The notes: generated by a model from the sequence alone, not told the origin. 64,000 nucleotides of DNA from Candidatus Nomurabacteria bacterium (GCA_943356675.1 CALRFQ010000002.1:1433-65432), one strand, 5' to 3'. Shown: positions 19,641 through 30,049, counted from the first letter of the stretch. Numbers and translations: made by a program.

Positions 19641-21230
19641 ATGGAAGAGTTAAAAGAAAATACCGATAACTTTGCCTTAGAGAAGTATGTGTCTCAGGGT
19701 GTAGTTAATGTTGACGCTTATATATTGCATGCAAATTTATTATATAAGCGATTCTACTCTATCTTTGAAAAGAACACTCCAGGTGCACATTTAAGCAGAT
19801 TGGTAGCTGATCGAGACAAGGATATTCAAAAAAATCTCCGTTCGTTTATACTATTAGTACTTCAGTGTTCGATTGAGAATAAAATTGAGTTTACTAGTAT
19901 TACAGATATAAAGGAATGCCGAGGTATGCTTCGTAAATATAGTGGACTTGAAGATTTGCAAAAATATCTTCAGGAAGTTAAATCTAATTTGCAAAGAGAA
20001 AAATTGATACTGCTATCAAAGGTAAAATATTCCGTAAAAAGATTATGGGAATACCCAGAGAGCTATGATCGAATAGAGTATAAAGATAATCATTTTTCGA
20101 ACATGAAGGAAATCGTAAACGATATTACCATGTGGGTAAAAATTGTACGACATCTTTGTGAGTTTGGAAATGAAATCCTTATGAAGAAATTCATGCAAGA
20201 AAAAGTTGAATTTTCAAAAAGACATCTAAAAAAGGATAAGGTATTGTCTGCATTTATTATCAGTTCTATTATAGGAGAAGTTAAAGAGGTCCTTGATATT
20301 GATGATATTAAATTAATCTTGAATAAGGTTAGGGATAATCCCAAATGGAGTGATGATATTGAAAACCAGATCCATAATCTTTTAGGAAATTCATTTTCTG
20401 AGATTAATTTTTCAAGCATGATATCTTTCAAAGAATTAATACACTATTTAAACACAACCTATATACCTTCTTTCCTTCTAGGTAGGACTGATATATCAAA
20501 AGCTATTCATACCCAAATTAAGAATTTGGTAAATGCGTATAATTTAGCATTCCAAGTTTCAGTGAGATCCAAGGTTGGTTCGACAGATACTATGTCCTAC
20601 ATAAAGATTTCAGAGGATATGAATGTACTAGTTGAACGTCAATCGTGTGAAATATTCTTGAGGATGTATAATACAGATCCAATGCTGTTGCTGCATTTGA
20701 ATGAAACTCAAATCTATCGCTTGCTCTCATTTATTAGATTACATAACGTACTGGATGAAAATGAAGTAAAAAGCATTTTTATTAAAAGTCATAGAAAAGC
20801 CGATTTTGAAAAGGTTTTTGCAACTCTTAATGAGATAAAAGATTATTCTAGTTTTGTAGGTTTCCTATCAATGCAAAGAAATTTATCTATCCTTAAGGAT
20901 GTTAACAATTTCAAAAATGACAAAGTTGAAATTCAGGCTGGTATAAATGGTAATGTTTTTATTCACAGTGACCAAGTTACTGGAATTTTAAAACAGCTAA
21001 CAACATTGATGGCTATGGGTATGAAGGAAAAAGATTATTACAATCTTATCTTAAATATCTATTCTGAGTATAATTCTCTTCTGGAACCTGATGATGAATT
21101 AATGTACTTTTTATTCTTCTATAATAAACTCAAAAAAAAGAAGAATCTACCTAAAAAAGTATTAGATTTTGTTAAAAAACAAATCTGGTACGAATTATTT
21201 ATGGATGATATAAATCTTATCCTTAGATAA
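19641..21230 (+). CDS. hypothetical helical protein
   Basis: Long ORF; likely start ATG 19641 just after the upstream stop. Confidence 0.65.
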   Translation: MEELKENTDNFALEKYVSQGVVNVDAYILHANLLYKRFYSIFEKNTPGAHLSRLVADRDKDIQKNLRSFILLVLQCSIENKIEFTSITDIKECRGMLRKYSGLEDLQKYLQEVKSNLQREKLILLSKVKYSVKRLWEYPESYDRIEYKDNHFSNMKEIVNDITMWVKIVRHLCEFGNEILMKKFMQEKVEFSKRHLKKDKVLSAFIISSIIGEVKEVLDIDDIKLILNKVRDNPKWSDDIENQIHNLLGNSFSEINFSSMISFKELIHYLNTTYIPSFLLGRTDISKAIHTQIKNLVNAYNLAFQVSVRSKVGSTDTMSYIKISEDMNVLVERQSCEIFLRMYNTDPMLLLHLNETQIYRLLSFIRLHNVLDENEVKSIFIKSHRKADFEKVFATLNEIKDYSSFVGFLSMQRNLSILKDVNNFKNDKVEIQAGINGNVFIHSDQVTGILKQLTTLMAMGMKEKDYYNLILNIYSEYNSLLEPDDELMYFLFFYNKLKKKKNLPKKVLDFVKKQIWYELFMDDINLILR

Positions 21231-21270
21231 AATCTTCAAAAAAGGCTGTCGTTTTATCGACAGCCTTTTT

Positions 21271-22002
21271 TTATTGCAATTTTCCTAAATGATATTTGAG
21301 TGTGTAAATCCAGTCTTCGTCGCCGGGTTCGTTGGTTTCCTTCGTATTTAGGAACCATTCGAGGTATCCGCGGTCAGCTTGGGCTACTTCCGACACAGTC
21401 TTCCCAGAATGCTTGCCGAAAGAGAATTTGTACATAAGTGATGGGCGAGAGGAGATGTCGAGCATGTGTTTAATGGCTTCACTATCATCGAAATTATTTT
21501 CTTCTTTAATTTTATTCATTAATCTTTCGAAAAGCTTTTCGAGTACGAGCACATCACCAAGTGCGTCGTGAGCTTGCGCCTCTATTTCAATATCTAAAAA
21601 GTAGCGTAGAAATTGGAGTTTGTGCTGGGGGAGTTTGTTCTCTTTATCAAGAGCTCTTGCTACACGTAGTGTACATATCACATTCTTCGGCTTTATTCCT
21701 TCACGCTCAATCATTCCCACATCAAACTTCGCATTGTGCGCAATCATTATGCTCTCCATATCTTCAAGCATTTCTTTAAGAAGAGGGTAGTCCTTACTCT
21801 CTTTAAATGCTGGTTTTCCTTCCACTATTTTATTTGATATATGAGTCACCGCGCTTGCTTCTGCTGGAATCCTGATTGGTGGCTTGTAAAGTTCGCAGAA
21901 TATTTCATCGCCAGATTTGTATGCCAATTGGCAAAGGAAGTCAGTATCATTTACACCTGTCGTTTCAGTATCTAAAAATATAAGTTTCTTCTCTTTATTC
22001 AT
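21271..22002 (-). CDS. DEDDh 3'-5' exonuclease (ExoX/DnaQ-like) with C-terminal FGKH domain
   Basis: DTETTG, AHNAKFD, AHDALGDV, FSFGKHSGK..DRGYLEW. Confidence 0.88.
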   Translation of the reverse strand: MNKEKKLIFLDTETTGVNDTDFLCQLAYKSGDEIFCELYKPPIRIPAEASAVTHISNKIVEGKPAFKESKDYPLLKEMLEDMESIMIAHNAKFDVGMIEREGIKPKNVICTLRVARALDKENKLPQHKLQFLRYFLDIEIEAQAHDALGDVLVLEKLFERLMNKIKEENNFDDSEAIKHMLDISSRPSLMYKFSFGKHSGKTVSEVAQADRGYLEWFLNTKETNEPGDEDWIYTLKYHLGKLQ

Positions 22003-22038
22003 ATGGATATTTTAGCATATATTTGTTATAATAAAACC

Positions 22039-22494
22039 ATGTCATTACATGAAGATATAAAAAATGGAATAAAGGATGCTATGAAGGCCAAGGACGCTGT
22101 CCGCCTTGAGGTTATGCGTGGATTATCAACTGCATTTATGAATGAGCTTGTGGCTACTGGTCACACACCTCAAGAAATGCTGTCCGATGAGGACTGCCTC
22201 AAAGTCATTACTCGCACTGCGAAACAAAGAAAGGATGCCATTGAGCAATTCTTAGCTGGTGGCCGCCAAGATTTGGCAGATGAAGACACTGCTCAGCTCA
22301 AAGTTCTCGAAGTATATTTACCTAAACTTATGGAGAAGGATGAAGTGGTAAAAGTCGTGAAGGAAATATTGGCCAAATCTGGTGCTATAGATCCTACGAA
22401 GAAGGGAATGTTTATGAAAGAGGTTATGATGGAGCTTAAAGGCAAAGCCGATGGTGCTATGGTGAAAATAGTAGTCGATGAAGTTTTTGTTTAA
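22039..22494 (+). CDS. GatB/YqeY domain protein
   Basis: IKDAMKAKD, KQRKDAIEQF..GGRQDLA, YLPK; start ATG 22039. Confidence 0.9.
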   Translation: MSLHEDIKNGIKDAMKAKDAVRLEVMRGLSTAFMNELVATGHTPQEMLSDEDCLKVITRTAKQRKDAIEQFLAGGRQDLADEDTAQLKVLEVYLPKLMEKDEVVKVVKEILAKSGAIDPTKKGMFMKEVMMELKGKADGAMVKIVVDEVFV

Positions 22495-22517
22495 TTTATT
22501 AATTAATTTTAATTAAG

Positions 22518-22865
22518 ATGAAAATAATTTTACATTGGATAATTCTTTCAGTTGCGATTTGGGGAACTACACGTCTCGTAGGTGGTATCACTGTGGACCC
22601 TGTATGGGTAGCACTCATAGTGGGAGCATGTCTCACACTATTTAATATGTTCCTAAAGCCTATTATCAATATCCTCACAATGCCGCTCAATATAATCACT
22701 CTCGGATTGTTCTCACTCATTGTAAATGGTGCAGTGCTTTGGTACTTGGGTAACGGAGTGATAAATGGATTCTCTGTAAAGACATTCACAGCTGCAGTAG
22801 TAGGAGCACTCATCGTGTCACTTCTAAACTGGCTCATCACAAAAGTATTTCGTTTCGATCTGTAG
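22518..22865 (+). CDS. phage holin family (YvlD-like) membrane protein
   Basis: 4 TM, KPIINILTMPLNIITLGLFSLIVN. Confidence 0.88.
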   Translation: MKIILHWIILSVAIWGTTRLVGGITVDPVWVALIVGACLTLFNMFLKPIINILTMPLNIITLGLFSLIVNGAVLWYLGNGVINGFSVKTFTAAVVGALIVSLLNWLITKVFRFDL

Positions 22866-22868
22866 TCT

Positions 22869-23492
22869 ATGAATATCACAATTAATCTTCTTAAACATTT
22901 TGTCGAAATGTATGCAATTGGTGCATACGTTTTGATTTTCCTCGGCGTAATTATTGAAGGGGAAGTTGTTGTGATTCTAGCAGGAATATTTGCGCATCTT
23001 GGTTCCATAAACATTTTCTTTGCATTCATTGCCACAATCCTCGGTGGATTCACGAAGTCCACTCTTGGTTATACTGCCGGATACTACCTCGAGAAGCATC
23101 ATTCGAAGCGCACATTCATCCAGCGCACAGAAAGTAAGATCGCGTATTTCCTACCGAAGTTCAAAGAGAAGCCATTTTGGTCCATATTTATATCTCGCTT
23201 TTTTATTCTTGGGCTCAATTGGTTCACACTTATATATTCTGGTTACAAGAAAATAAACTTAAGGACTTATATAAATGCTGAAGCATGCTCACTATTCCTC
23301 TGGTCTATAATTATGCTCGCCTTAGGATACATTTTCAGCTACACAGCACTCTCTGTCGGCCGTGATGTGAGGAAGTTCCTAGGGTTACTCGTGCTTTTCT
23401 TCATTGCATTCTTTATTCTAGAGAGAATAGTATCTTTTATTTTAGAAATTTTAACAGGAGTCGGCGAAGAAAGTAATATAGAGCAAAAATAA
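22869..23492 (+). CDS. DedA/VTT family membrane protein
   Basis: EGEVVVILAG, ISRF, multiple TMs. Confidence 0.8.
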   Translation: MNITINLLKHFVEMYAIGAYVLIFLGVIIEGEVVVILAGIFAHLGSINIFFAFIATILGGFTKSTLGYTAGYYLEKHHSKRTFIQRTESKIAYFLPKFKEKPFWSIFISRFFILGLNWFTLIYSGYKKINLRTYINAEACSLFLWSIIMLALGYIFSYTALSVGRDVRKFLGLLVLFFIAFFILERIVSFILEILTGVGEESNIEQK

Positions 23493-23494
23493 TT

Positions 23495-24385
23495 ATGAAT
23501 ATTTTCAAAAAGAAAAAGTTATTGGTCACTCACAACGGCACATTCCATGCTGATGATATTTTCGCGACGGCTGCTCTCTCACTTCTGCTTGATGGCAATA
23601 TGAAGGTAGTCCGCACGCGCGATGAGAAAATGTTTGCAAAAGGAGATTTCGTCTACGATGTCGGTGGTGTTTATGACGAGGCGAATAATCGCTTCGATCA
23701 TCATCAGGAAGGTGGTGCAGGAAAGCGTGCAAATGTTGTGCCTTACGCGGCCTTTGGTCTTGTTTGGAAAACATATGGAAAAACAATTTGCGGAGGTAGC
23801 TCTGAAGTAGCAGATGCTATTGAGAATAAATTAGTTGTGCCGATAGATGCAGATGACAATGGCATGAGTCTTTTCAAGCTTACGACAGACTCACCGATCT
23901 ATCTTATTCAGACAATGCTATACACTTTCCGTCCGACATGGAAGGAAGTGCAGGATTACGACACTCCATTTTTCAAATGTGTAGATCTTGCGAAGGAAAT
24001 ACTGAAAAGAGAGATAATTCGTGCTAGGGATTACTTTTCTGCCCAATCTATAGTAGTATCGATGTATGAGAAGGCTTCTGACAAAAGAGCCATATATATG
24101 GATGGCCAATACCCTTGGAAAGACACGATAGATGGGTACAATGAGCCAATTTATGTAATCTCACCGAAAGATGGCAAATGGCGAGGTGAATGTGTCCGCA
24201 AGGAGAAATATTCATATGAGAATCGCAAGTCATTCCCAGAATCATGGGCAGGCAAGAGAGATGGAGCACTCGAAGAAGTGACTGGTGTGAAAGGTGCATC
24301 ATTTTGCCACAACGGGAGATTCCTAGTAGTCGCGAATAGTAAAGAAGCAATCGATAAATTAATAGAACTAGCGCTAAAGAATTAA
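23495..24385 (+). CDS. MYG1 family exonuclease
   Basis: THNGTFHADD, DVGG, FDHHQ, FCHNGRF. Confidence 0.92.
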   Translation: MNIFKKKKLLVTHNGTFHADDIFATAALSLLLDGNMKVVRTRDEKMFAKGDFVYDVGGVYDEANNRFDHHQEGGAGKRANVVPYAAFGLVWKTYGKTICGGSSEVADAIENKLVVPIDADDNGMSLFKLTTDSPIYLIQTMLYTFRPTWKEVQDYDTPFFKCVDLAKEILKREIIRARDYFSAQSIVVSMYEKASDKRAIYMDGQYPWKDTIDGYNEPIYVISPKDGKWRGECVRKEKYSYENRKSFPESWAGKRDGALEEVTGVKGASFCHNGRFLVVANSKEAIDKLIELALKN

Positions 24386-24388
24386 AAA

Positions 24389-25378
24389 ATGTTTATAGAT
24401 GAAATAAAATTAAATGGTAAAGCAGGTCGCGGTGGCGATGGTGTAGTGCGTTGGCGCCGTGAGAAGTTTATCGACAAAGGTGGACCAAATGGTGGCGACG
24501 GAGGTCGCGGTGGTAGTATGTTTGCAGTTGCTGTTCAAGACATAAACCTACTTTCAAAATATAAAAATAAAAAAGAATTTGAAGCAGGCGATGGTGAGCC
24601 GGGTGCAGGAGGAAGCCGTCATGGAAAAGATGGAAAGGATTTGATATTGGAATTACCAGTCGGTTCAATTATTACAAACAGAGAAAATGGTGCATCGGTC
24701 GAGCTTACGAAAATCGGCCAGAAAGAATTACTCCTTAAGGGTGGAGTAGGTGGCTATGGCAACGAGCAATTCAAGAGTTCTATAAACACTACTCCAACTA
24801 CAGCTACAAAAGGAAAATTCGGCGAACAAGGAAATTTTAAAATTGAACTTCATCTTTTTGCAGATATTGGTCTTGTGGGTCTTCCTAATGCTGGCAAAAG
24901 TTCACTATTAAATGAAATAACCCATGCTCGAGCAAAAATCGGTAGCTATCAATTCACCACACTCGATCCAAACCTTGGAGATTTTTATAAATTCATCATT
25001 GCCGACATTCCAGGACTTATTGAAGGCGCAAGTGAAGGTAAAGGGCTTGGAACTAAATTCCTCCGCCACATTACTCGCACGAAAATGCTTGCGCACTTAG
25101 TGTCATTTGAGAATGGAAAAGATGGAGAAGATATGATGAAGGTTTACAAAGAAATTCGTAATGAATTAAAATCATATGGCGACGGCCTCGATGATAAAGA
25201 CGAGATTATCGTACTTACAAAGACTGATGTTATTGAAGATAAAAAGATTATCGAGAAAAGATTGAAAGAATTTACGAAGCTTAAGAAACCTGTATTTGTT
25301 ATATCTATATTAGATGATGCTTCGGTAAAAGATTTTATGGATGAGCTTGTGAAGCTTTTGCGTATACAAGATAAATAA
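24389..25378 (+). CDS. obgE: GTPase ObgE
   Basis: Gly-rich Obg fold, GLPNAGKSS, FTT, DIPGLIEGA. Confidence 0.96.
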   Translation: MFIDEIKLNGKAGRGGDGVVRWRREKFIDKGGPNGGDGGRGGSMFAVAVQDINLLSKYKNKKEFEAGDGEPGAGGSRHGKDGKDLILELPVGSIITNRENGASVELTKIGQKELLLKGGVGGYGNEQFKSSINTTPTTATKGKFGEQGNFKIELHLFADIGLVGLPNAGKSSLLNEITHARAKIGSYQFTTLDPNLGDFYKFIIADIPGLIEGASEGKGLGTKFLRHITRTKMLAHLVSFENGKDGEDMMKVYKEIRNELKSYGDGLDDKDEIIVLTKTDVIEDKKIIEKRLKEFTKLKKPVFVISILDDASVKDFMDELVKLLRIQDK

Positions 25379-25392
25379 GATACATTATATAT

Positions 25393-26805
25393 ATGGAGAA
25401 GAAGTACTACACTACAATAGGATTGGAAATTCACGCGGAGCTCAACACTCTAAGTAAAATGTTTTGTGGTTGCAAGAACGATCCTGAAGAAGAGAGACCA
25501 AACTACAATATCTGCCCAGTGTGCATGGCGCACCCTGGCACACTTCCTGTACCTAATAAAAAGGCGATGGAGAGTGTGGTCCGCGTGGGTATGGCTCTCG
25601 GTGGCGAAGTTGCAGACTTTACAGAATTCGACAGAAAGAATTATTTCTATCCAGATATTCCGAAAGCTTATCAGATCTCTCAGCTCAAATATCCAATAGT
25701 GAAAGGTGGCAAACTTGCCGGTGTCGATGTGACTCGCGTGCACCTCGAGGAGGATACTGCCACATCATCTCACAAAGCTGGTGCTTCACTTGTGAACTTC
25801 AATCGTGCTGGTGTGCCACTCATGGAGCTTGTGACTGAGCCAGTCATTCACGACACAGATACACTTGTGAAATTCGCGAAGGAACTTCAGCTCGTGCTCC
25901 GCTACCTCGGAGTGTCTGATGCCAATATGGAGAAAGGTCAGATGCGCGTGGAAGTGAATATTTCAGTGTCTCCCGATAAAGATAAACTCGGTGTGCCAGT
26001 AGAGGTGAAGAACATTGCATCATTCCGCTCAGCCGAGAAAGCAGCCCTTTTTGAAGAGAAGAGAATGATTGCACTTTGGGAAGAAGGCAAAGAAAGTGAA
26101 ATTGTGAAGGAAACTCGCGGATGGGATGATGACAAGAACAAGACTTTCTCTCAGCGTACAAAAGAAACTGCCGAGGATTATCGCTACTTACCAGATCCAG
26201 ATCTTTCTAAGTTTTATCTTTCAAAAGTATTTGATATGGATGCTTTAAAGAATACTATCCCAGAACTTCCAGAGGATAAGCGAGTGCGTTATGCAAATGA
26301 TTATGGAATAAAAGCTGAAGATATCGAAAGCTACGTGACCGACATTGAGCTTGGTGGTTACTTCGAAAATGTTGCGAAGATTTTAAATAATAAGGATGCT
26401 ATTAAGACGGCATCAAACTACATCACTTCAGATTACCTAGGTCTCAAGAAAGCAAATGTTAATATAAAGTTGCCAAGTGCAGAGAATTTCGCCGAGCTTA
26501 TAAGCATGGCAGTAGAAGGCAATATTAACTCTCGCTCTGCGAAAGACATCCTTGCTATGATTGTAACTCTAGACGCAAGCCCAATGAAAATTGCGACAGA
26601 GAAAGATATGCTCCAGAAGAACGATGAAGGCGCGCTCAAGGCAATGGTAGAGATGGTGATTGATCGGAATCCTGAAGTTGTGGCAACTTTCAAAGGTGGT
26701 AAAGACAATGCTCTTATGTCACTCGTGGGTCAGATTATGAAAGAATCTAAAGGCTCTGCAAACCCAGCCATGGTGCAGAAATTGCTTCGAGAGCTCCTCG
26801 CTTAA
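25393..26805 (+). CDS. gatB: Asp/Glu-tRNA amidotransferase subunit B
   Basis: IGLEIHAEL, FDRKNYFYPD, HLEED, NRAGVPLMELVTEP, DYRY. Confidence 0.96.
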   Translation: MEKKYYTTIGLEIHAELNTLSKMFCGCKNDPEEERPNYNICPVCMAHPGTLPVPNKKAMESVVRVGMALGGEVADFTEFDRKNYFYPDIPKAYQISQLKYPIVKGGKLAGVDVTRVHLEEDTATSSHKAGASLVNFNRAGVPLMELVTEPVIHDTDTLVKFAKELQLVLRYLGVSDANMEKGQMRVEVNISVSPDKDKLGVPVEVKNIASFRSAEKAALFEEKRMIALWEEGKESEIVKETRGWDDDKNKTFSQRTKETAEDYRYLPDPDLSKFYLSKVFDMDALKNTIPELPEDKRVRYANDYGIKAEDIESYVTDIELGGYFENVAKILNNKDAIKTASNYITSDYLGLKKANVNIKLPSAENFAELISMAVEGNINSRSAKDILAMIVTLDASPMKIATEKDMLQKNDEGALKAMVEMVIDRNPEVVATFKGGKDNALMSLVGQIMKESKGSANPAMVQKLLRELLA

Positions 26806-26822
26806 ATATAGATATTATATTT

Positions 26823-26876
26823 TTGGCGCAAGAACAGTTCTTGCGCCAATTACTTGTGCACAGGTCACCCTGTGTA
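26823..26876. repeat. two short palindromes after gatB (REP-like)
   Basis: TTGGCGCAAGAAC-A-GTTCTTGCGCCAA and TGCACAGG-TCAC-CCTGTGTA. Confidence 0.6.
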
Positions 26877-26906
26877 TTTTCCTTTTTAAGCGTATAATGT
26901 ATATAT

Positions 26907-27140
26907 ATGGAAACTAAAATAAAAGCAGGTCAAATTTATAAGCATTACAAAGGGGATAGTTATAAAATTATTTCATTAGCAAAAAGTAGTGAGACAGAAG
27001 AATGGATGGTGGTATATGAGCGCATTACAGACATCACTCATAATGGATGGAAGGTTTGGGCACGGCCGCTCGCAATGTTTTTAGATCATATAGATAAGTC
27101 AGATTATAAAGGCCCAAGATTTGAGTATATTAGTGAGTAG
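26907..27140 (+). CDS. DUF1653 domain protein
   Basis: YKHYKG..Y, SETEEWMVVY, WARPLAMF, PRF. Confidence 0.88.
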   Translation: METKIKAGQIYKHYKGDSYKIISLAKSSETEEWMVVYERITDITHNGWKVWARPLAMFLDHIDKSDYKGPRFEYISE

Positions 27141-27156
27141 ATGATATAATAAAAAT

Positions 27157-28200
27157 ATGAAATTATTTAAATCCAAAGAAGAACAAAAAAAGGTTCGGGT
27201 TGCTATTAACGGTTTCGGTCGTATTGGCAGAGCATTTCTCAAGATTGCTTGGGATCGCCCTGAGATAGAGATAGTCGCAGTGAACGACCTCGGCTCACTA
27301 GAATCACTTGCATACTTACTCAAATATGACACAGTGTACCGCACATGGGGCCATGATGTATCCGTTGTAGAAGGCGGGATGACTATAGACGGCAAGCGGG
27401 TGTTGTTCATCGGCGAGAAAGATACCACCAAGCTACCTTGGAAAGATTTGAATATCGATGTAGTCGTGGAGTCCACTGGTCTTTTCACTGCATATGAGAA
27501 AGCTAAATTCCATATTGATCAAGGTGCTCGCAAAGTTGTGATCTCAGCACCAAGTAAAGGTGACGGCTCCGTTCCAGGTGAGATGATCCTTCTCGGTGTG
27601 AATGAAGAGAAATTCGGCACATGCGACATAACTTCAAACGCTTCTTGTACTACAAATGCAACGAGCCCACTCATCGGAATACTCGATGAAGCTATAGGAA
27701 TCGAGAAAGCACTTCTAAATACTACTCATGCATACACAGGCACTCAGGCACTAGTGGATGGCCCTTCAAAGAAGGATCTCCGTGAAGGTCGCGCTGCAGC
27801 TCAGAACATCGTGCCATCTTCCACTGGTGCAGCTATCGCCGTGGGTAAAGTGTATCCAAAGCTAGATGGGCTCTTCGATGGAATTTCTATCCGTGTGCCA
27901 GTGCCAGCAGGATCTATCGTAGATATCACATTTATCGCGAAGCGAAGTACTACAGCCGAGGAAGTGAACGCTATTCTTACGAAAGCCGCAAGTGAAGATC
28001 GTTGGAAAGGAGTCTTTGCGGTTACAAATGTGCCTCTAGTGTCTTCAGATATTCTCGGTGAAAGTCATGCATCTCTCGCAGACCTCGCTATGACTCGCGT
28101 CGTCGGTGGCAATCTCGTGAAGGTTCTCGCTTGGTATGACAACGAAATGGGCTACACCCACACTCTTGTAGAACACGTGATCAAAACTGGAAATAAATAA
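27157..28200 (+). CDS. gap: glyceraldehyde-3-phosphate dehydrogenase type I
   Basis: INGFGRIGR, SNASCTTN, WYDNE. Confidence 0.96.
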   Translation: MKLFKSKEEQKKVRVAINGFGRIGRAFLKIAWDRPEIEIVAVNDLGSLESLAYLLKYDTVYRTWGHDVSVVEGGMTIDGKRVLFIGEKDTTKLPWKDLNIDVVVESTGLFTAYEKAKFHIDQGARKVVISAPSKGDGSVPGEMILLGVNEEKFGTCDITSNASCTTNATSPLIGILDEAIGIEKALLNTTHAYTGTQALVDGPSKKDLREGRAAAQNIVPSSTGAAIAVGKVYPKLDGLFDGISIRVPVPAGSIVDITFIAKRSTTAEEVNAILTKAASEDRWKGVFAVTNVPLVSSDILGESHASLADLAMTRVVGGNLVKVLAWYDNEMGYTHTLVEHVIKTGNK

Positions 28201-28204
28201 AATC

Positions 28205-28816
28205 TTGCAAAGTTTTACTAAAAAAGAAATAGCACTGTTTAAGAAATTAAATACGCCATCGAAGGTGCAGGATTTTCTTAATGGTTTAAATAATAATTTC
28301 GAGCACAATGGTAAGGACACTGTGAAGAGCCCGATAAGAGTAATAAGGGAGGGGAATGCGCACTGCATCGAAGGTGCGATTCTCGGAGCATACATACTCT
28401 CGCTCCATGGGCACAAGCCACTACTAATGCACCTCAAGACCACGAAGGCAGACCTCGAGCATATCATCATGCCATTTAAGGTGGATGGTTTCTGGGGTGC
28501 ACTTTCAAAGACCAATCACGCAGTACTGCGGTATCGCGATCCTATCTACAAGAGTATTCGTGAGCTCGCACTTTCATATTTCCATGAATATTATTTGGAC
28601 TCAGGCGTGAAGACTCTTCGCTCGTATTCAGTGCCACTAAATTTAAATATTTTTAAAGACGACTGGGCAACTTCAGAAGATAACCTTTTCGGTATAGACG
28701 AAGAGCTAGACAGGATCAAGCATTACGACCTCTTTCCGAAGAAGGTTTTGAAGAATCTGCGCAAAGCTGAGAAGATAGAAATAGAAGCAGGCAAACTAAT
28801 ACAATACAAAAAATAA
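28205..28816 (+). CDS. conserved hypothetical protein (transglutaminase-like Cys/His)
   Basis: AHCIEGA, WGALSKTNHAVLRYRDPIY, SYFHEY; TTG start. Confidence 0.7.
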   Translation: MQSFTKKEIALFKKLNTPSKVQDFLNGLNNNFEHNGKDTVKSPIRVIREGNAHCIEGAILGAYILSLHGHKPLLMHLKTTKADLEHIIMPFKVDGFWGALSKTNHAVLRYRDPIYKSIRELALSYFHEYYLDSGVKTLRSYSVPLNLNIFKDDWATSEDNLFGIDEELDRIKHYDLFPKKVLKNLRKAEKIEIEAGKLIQYKK

Positions 28817-28851
28817 ACTATTCTCTAATTCGCTCGAATAGGCGAATAGTT
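28816..28851. repeat. ATTC-N4 palindrome type C
   Basis: AACTATTCTCTAATTCGCTCGAATAGGCGAATAGTT. Confidence 0.9.
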
Positions 28852-28903
28852 CTTTACTTTACATATTTGAGTAGGCGTGTATAATAAGAGTACAACTAAA
28901 TAG

Positions 28904-29043
28904 TTTTATAAAGAGTGGTGGTAGAGAATTGGCTCCATGACCCCACAGCAACCCCGTTTACGGAAGGTGCTAATTCCAACCTTTATTAACTTAAAGGAAA
29001 GATAATGTCATTATTTTTCCTTATTATTAGGAAATTTTTTTTG
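28904..29043 (+). promoter_or_regulatory. SAM-I (S-box) riboswitch with terminator upstream of metK
   Basis: AAGAG..GAGA.TTGGCTC..TGA.CC.CAGCAACC..GGTGCTAATTCC..GAAAGATAA; hairpin plus T-run at about 29013-29043. Confidence 0.88.
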
Positions 29044-29052
29044 TTTAAATAT

Positions 29053-29994
29053 ATGAAAATCAAAACAGCAGAATTCGTGAGTCCAAAGCATCCAGACAAG
29101 ATTTGTGATTTTATCGCAGATTCTATTCTTGATGCATATTTATCAGGGGACAAGCGTAGTCGCGTAGCTATTGAAGTCATGGGCGGCCACAATCTTATTA
29201 CTATCAATGGCGAGGTTACTTCGCTTTCAGAGCCAGATATTGAAAAAGTAGTGAAGGATATTGTCGGCATAGATTACAGAGTGATTATAAATATCGTAAA
29301 GCAAAGCCCTGAGATCGCTCAAGGTGTAGACACTGGCGGTGCCGGCGACCAAGGTATAATGCTCGGCTACGCTACAAGTGAGACTGAAGAACTCCTACCT
29401 CTTGAATACAAGCTTGCAAGGAATTTGTGCGAGAAAGTTTACGAGAAGTATCCATACGATGGCAAGACTCAAGTGACTGTGAATGATGGCAAGGTGACGA
29501 CAGTCGTCGCAAGTTTCCAAAATTCTAAAAATGCAGATTTACTTCCTCTTGTGCAAAGTATCATCGAAGCAGATGAATACCTTATCAATCCTGCAGGTGA
29601 ATGGGTGCAAGGCGGATTCGATGCCGACACTGGTCTCTCCGGCCGCAAGCTCATAGTGGACAACTACGGTCCAGAAATTTCAATTGGAGGTGGTTCATAT
29701 TCAGGCAAGGATTATACAAAGGTGGATCGCTCAGGTGCATACATGGCTCGCAAAATTTCAGTTGATATTTTGAAAAAGCGAGGTGCCAAGGAAGTCCGCA
29801 CCAAGCTCGCATATGCTATAGGCAAAGCAGAGCCTGTAATGGCTATCTCAATAGTGGATGGAGTGGAAGAAGAGATTGCAGGCTACGACCTCACGCCAAA
29901 GGGTATTCGTGAATTCTTAAAGCTCGATGAAGTAATATATAAAGACACATGCACATGGGGCCACTATGGTCACAACTTCAATTGGGATAAATAG
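29053..29994 (+). CDS. metK: S-adenosylmethionine synthetase
   Basis: HPDKICD, QSPEIAQGV, GAGDQG, GRKLIVDNYG, GGGSYSGKDYTKVDRSGAY; start ATG 29053. Confidence 0.95.
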   Translation: MKIKTAEFVSPKHPDKICDFIADSILDAYLSGDKRSRVAIEVMGGHNLITINGEVTSLSEPDIEKVVKDIVGIDYRVIINIVKQSPEIAQGVDTGGAGDQGIMLGYATSETEELLPLEYKLARNLCEKVYEKYPYDGKTQVTVNDGKVTTVVASFQNSKNADLLPLVQSIIEADEYLINPAGEWVQGGFDADTGLSGRKLIVDNYGPEISIGGGSYSGKDYTKVDRSGAYMARKISVDILKKRGAKEVRTKLAYAIGKAEPVMAISIVDGVEEEIAGYDLTPKGIREFLKLDEVIYKDTCTWGHYGHNFNWDK

Positions 29995-30001
29995 CAATTA
30001 T

Positions 30002-30035
30002 AACATTCTCACATTCTCAAGAATGTGAGAATGTT
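30002..30035. repeat. ATTC-N4 palindrome type A
   Basis: AACATTCTCACATTCTCAAGAATGTGAGAATGTT; right end runs into TGTTATAAT, the -10 of the next gene. Confidence 0.9.
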
Positions 30036-30049
30036 ATAATAAGGTACAC

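Noticed and set aside
22518-22865. Prophage suggested by the holin-family gene
   Set aside because: YvlD-like proteins are common chromosomal genes, and there are no phage structural or integrase genes
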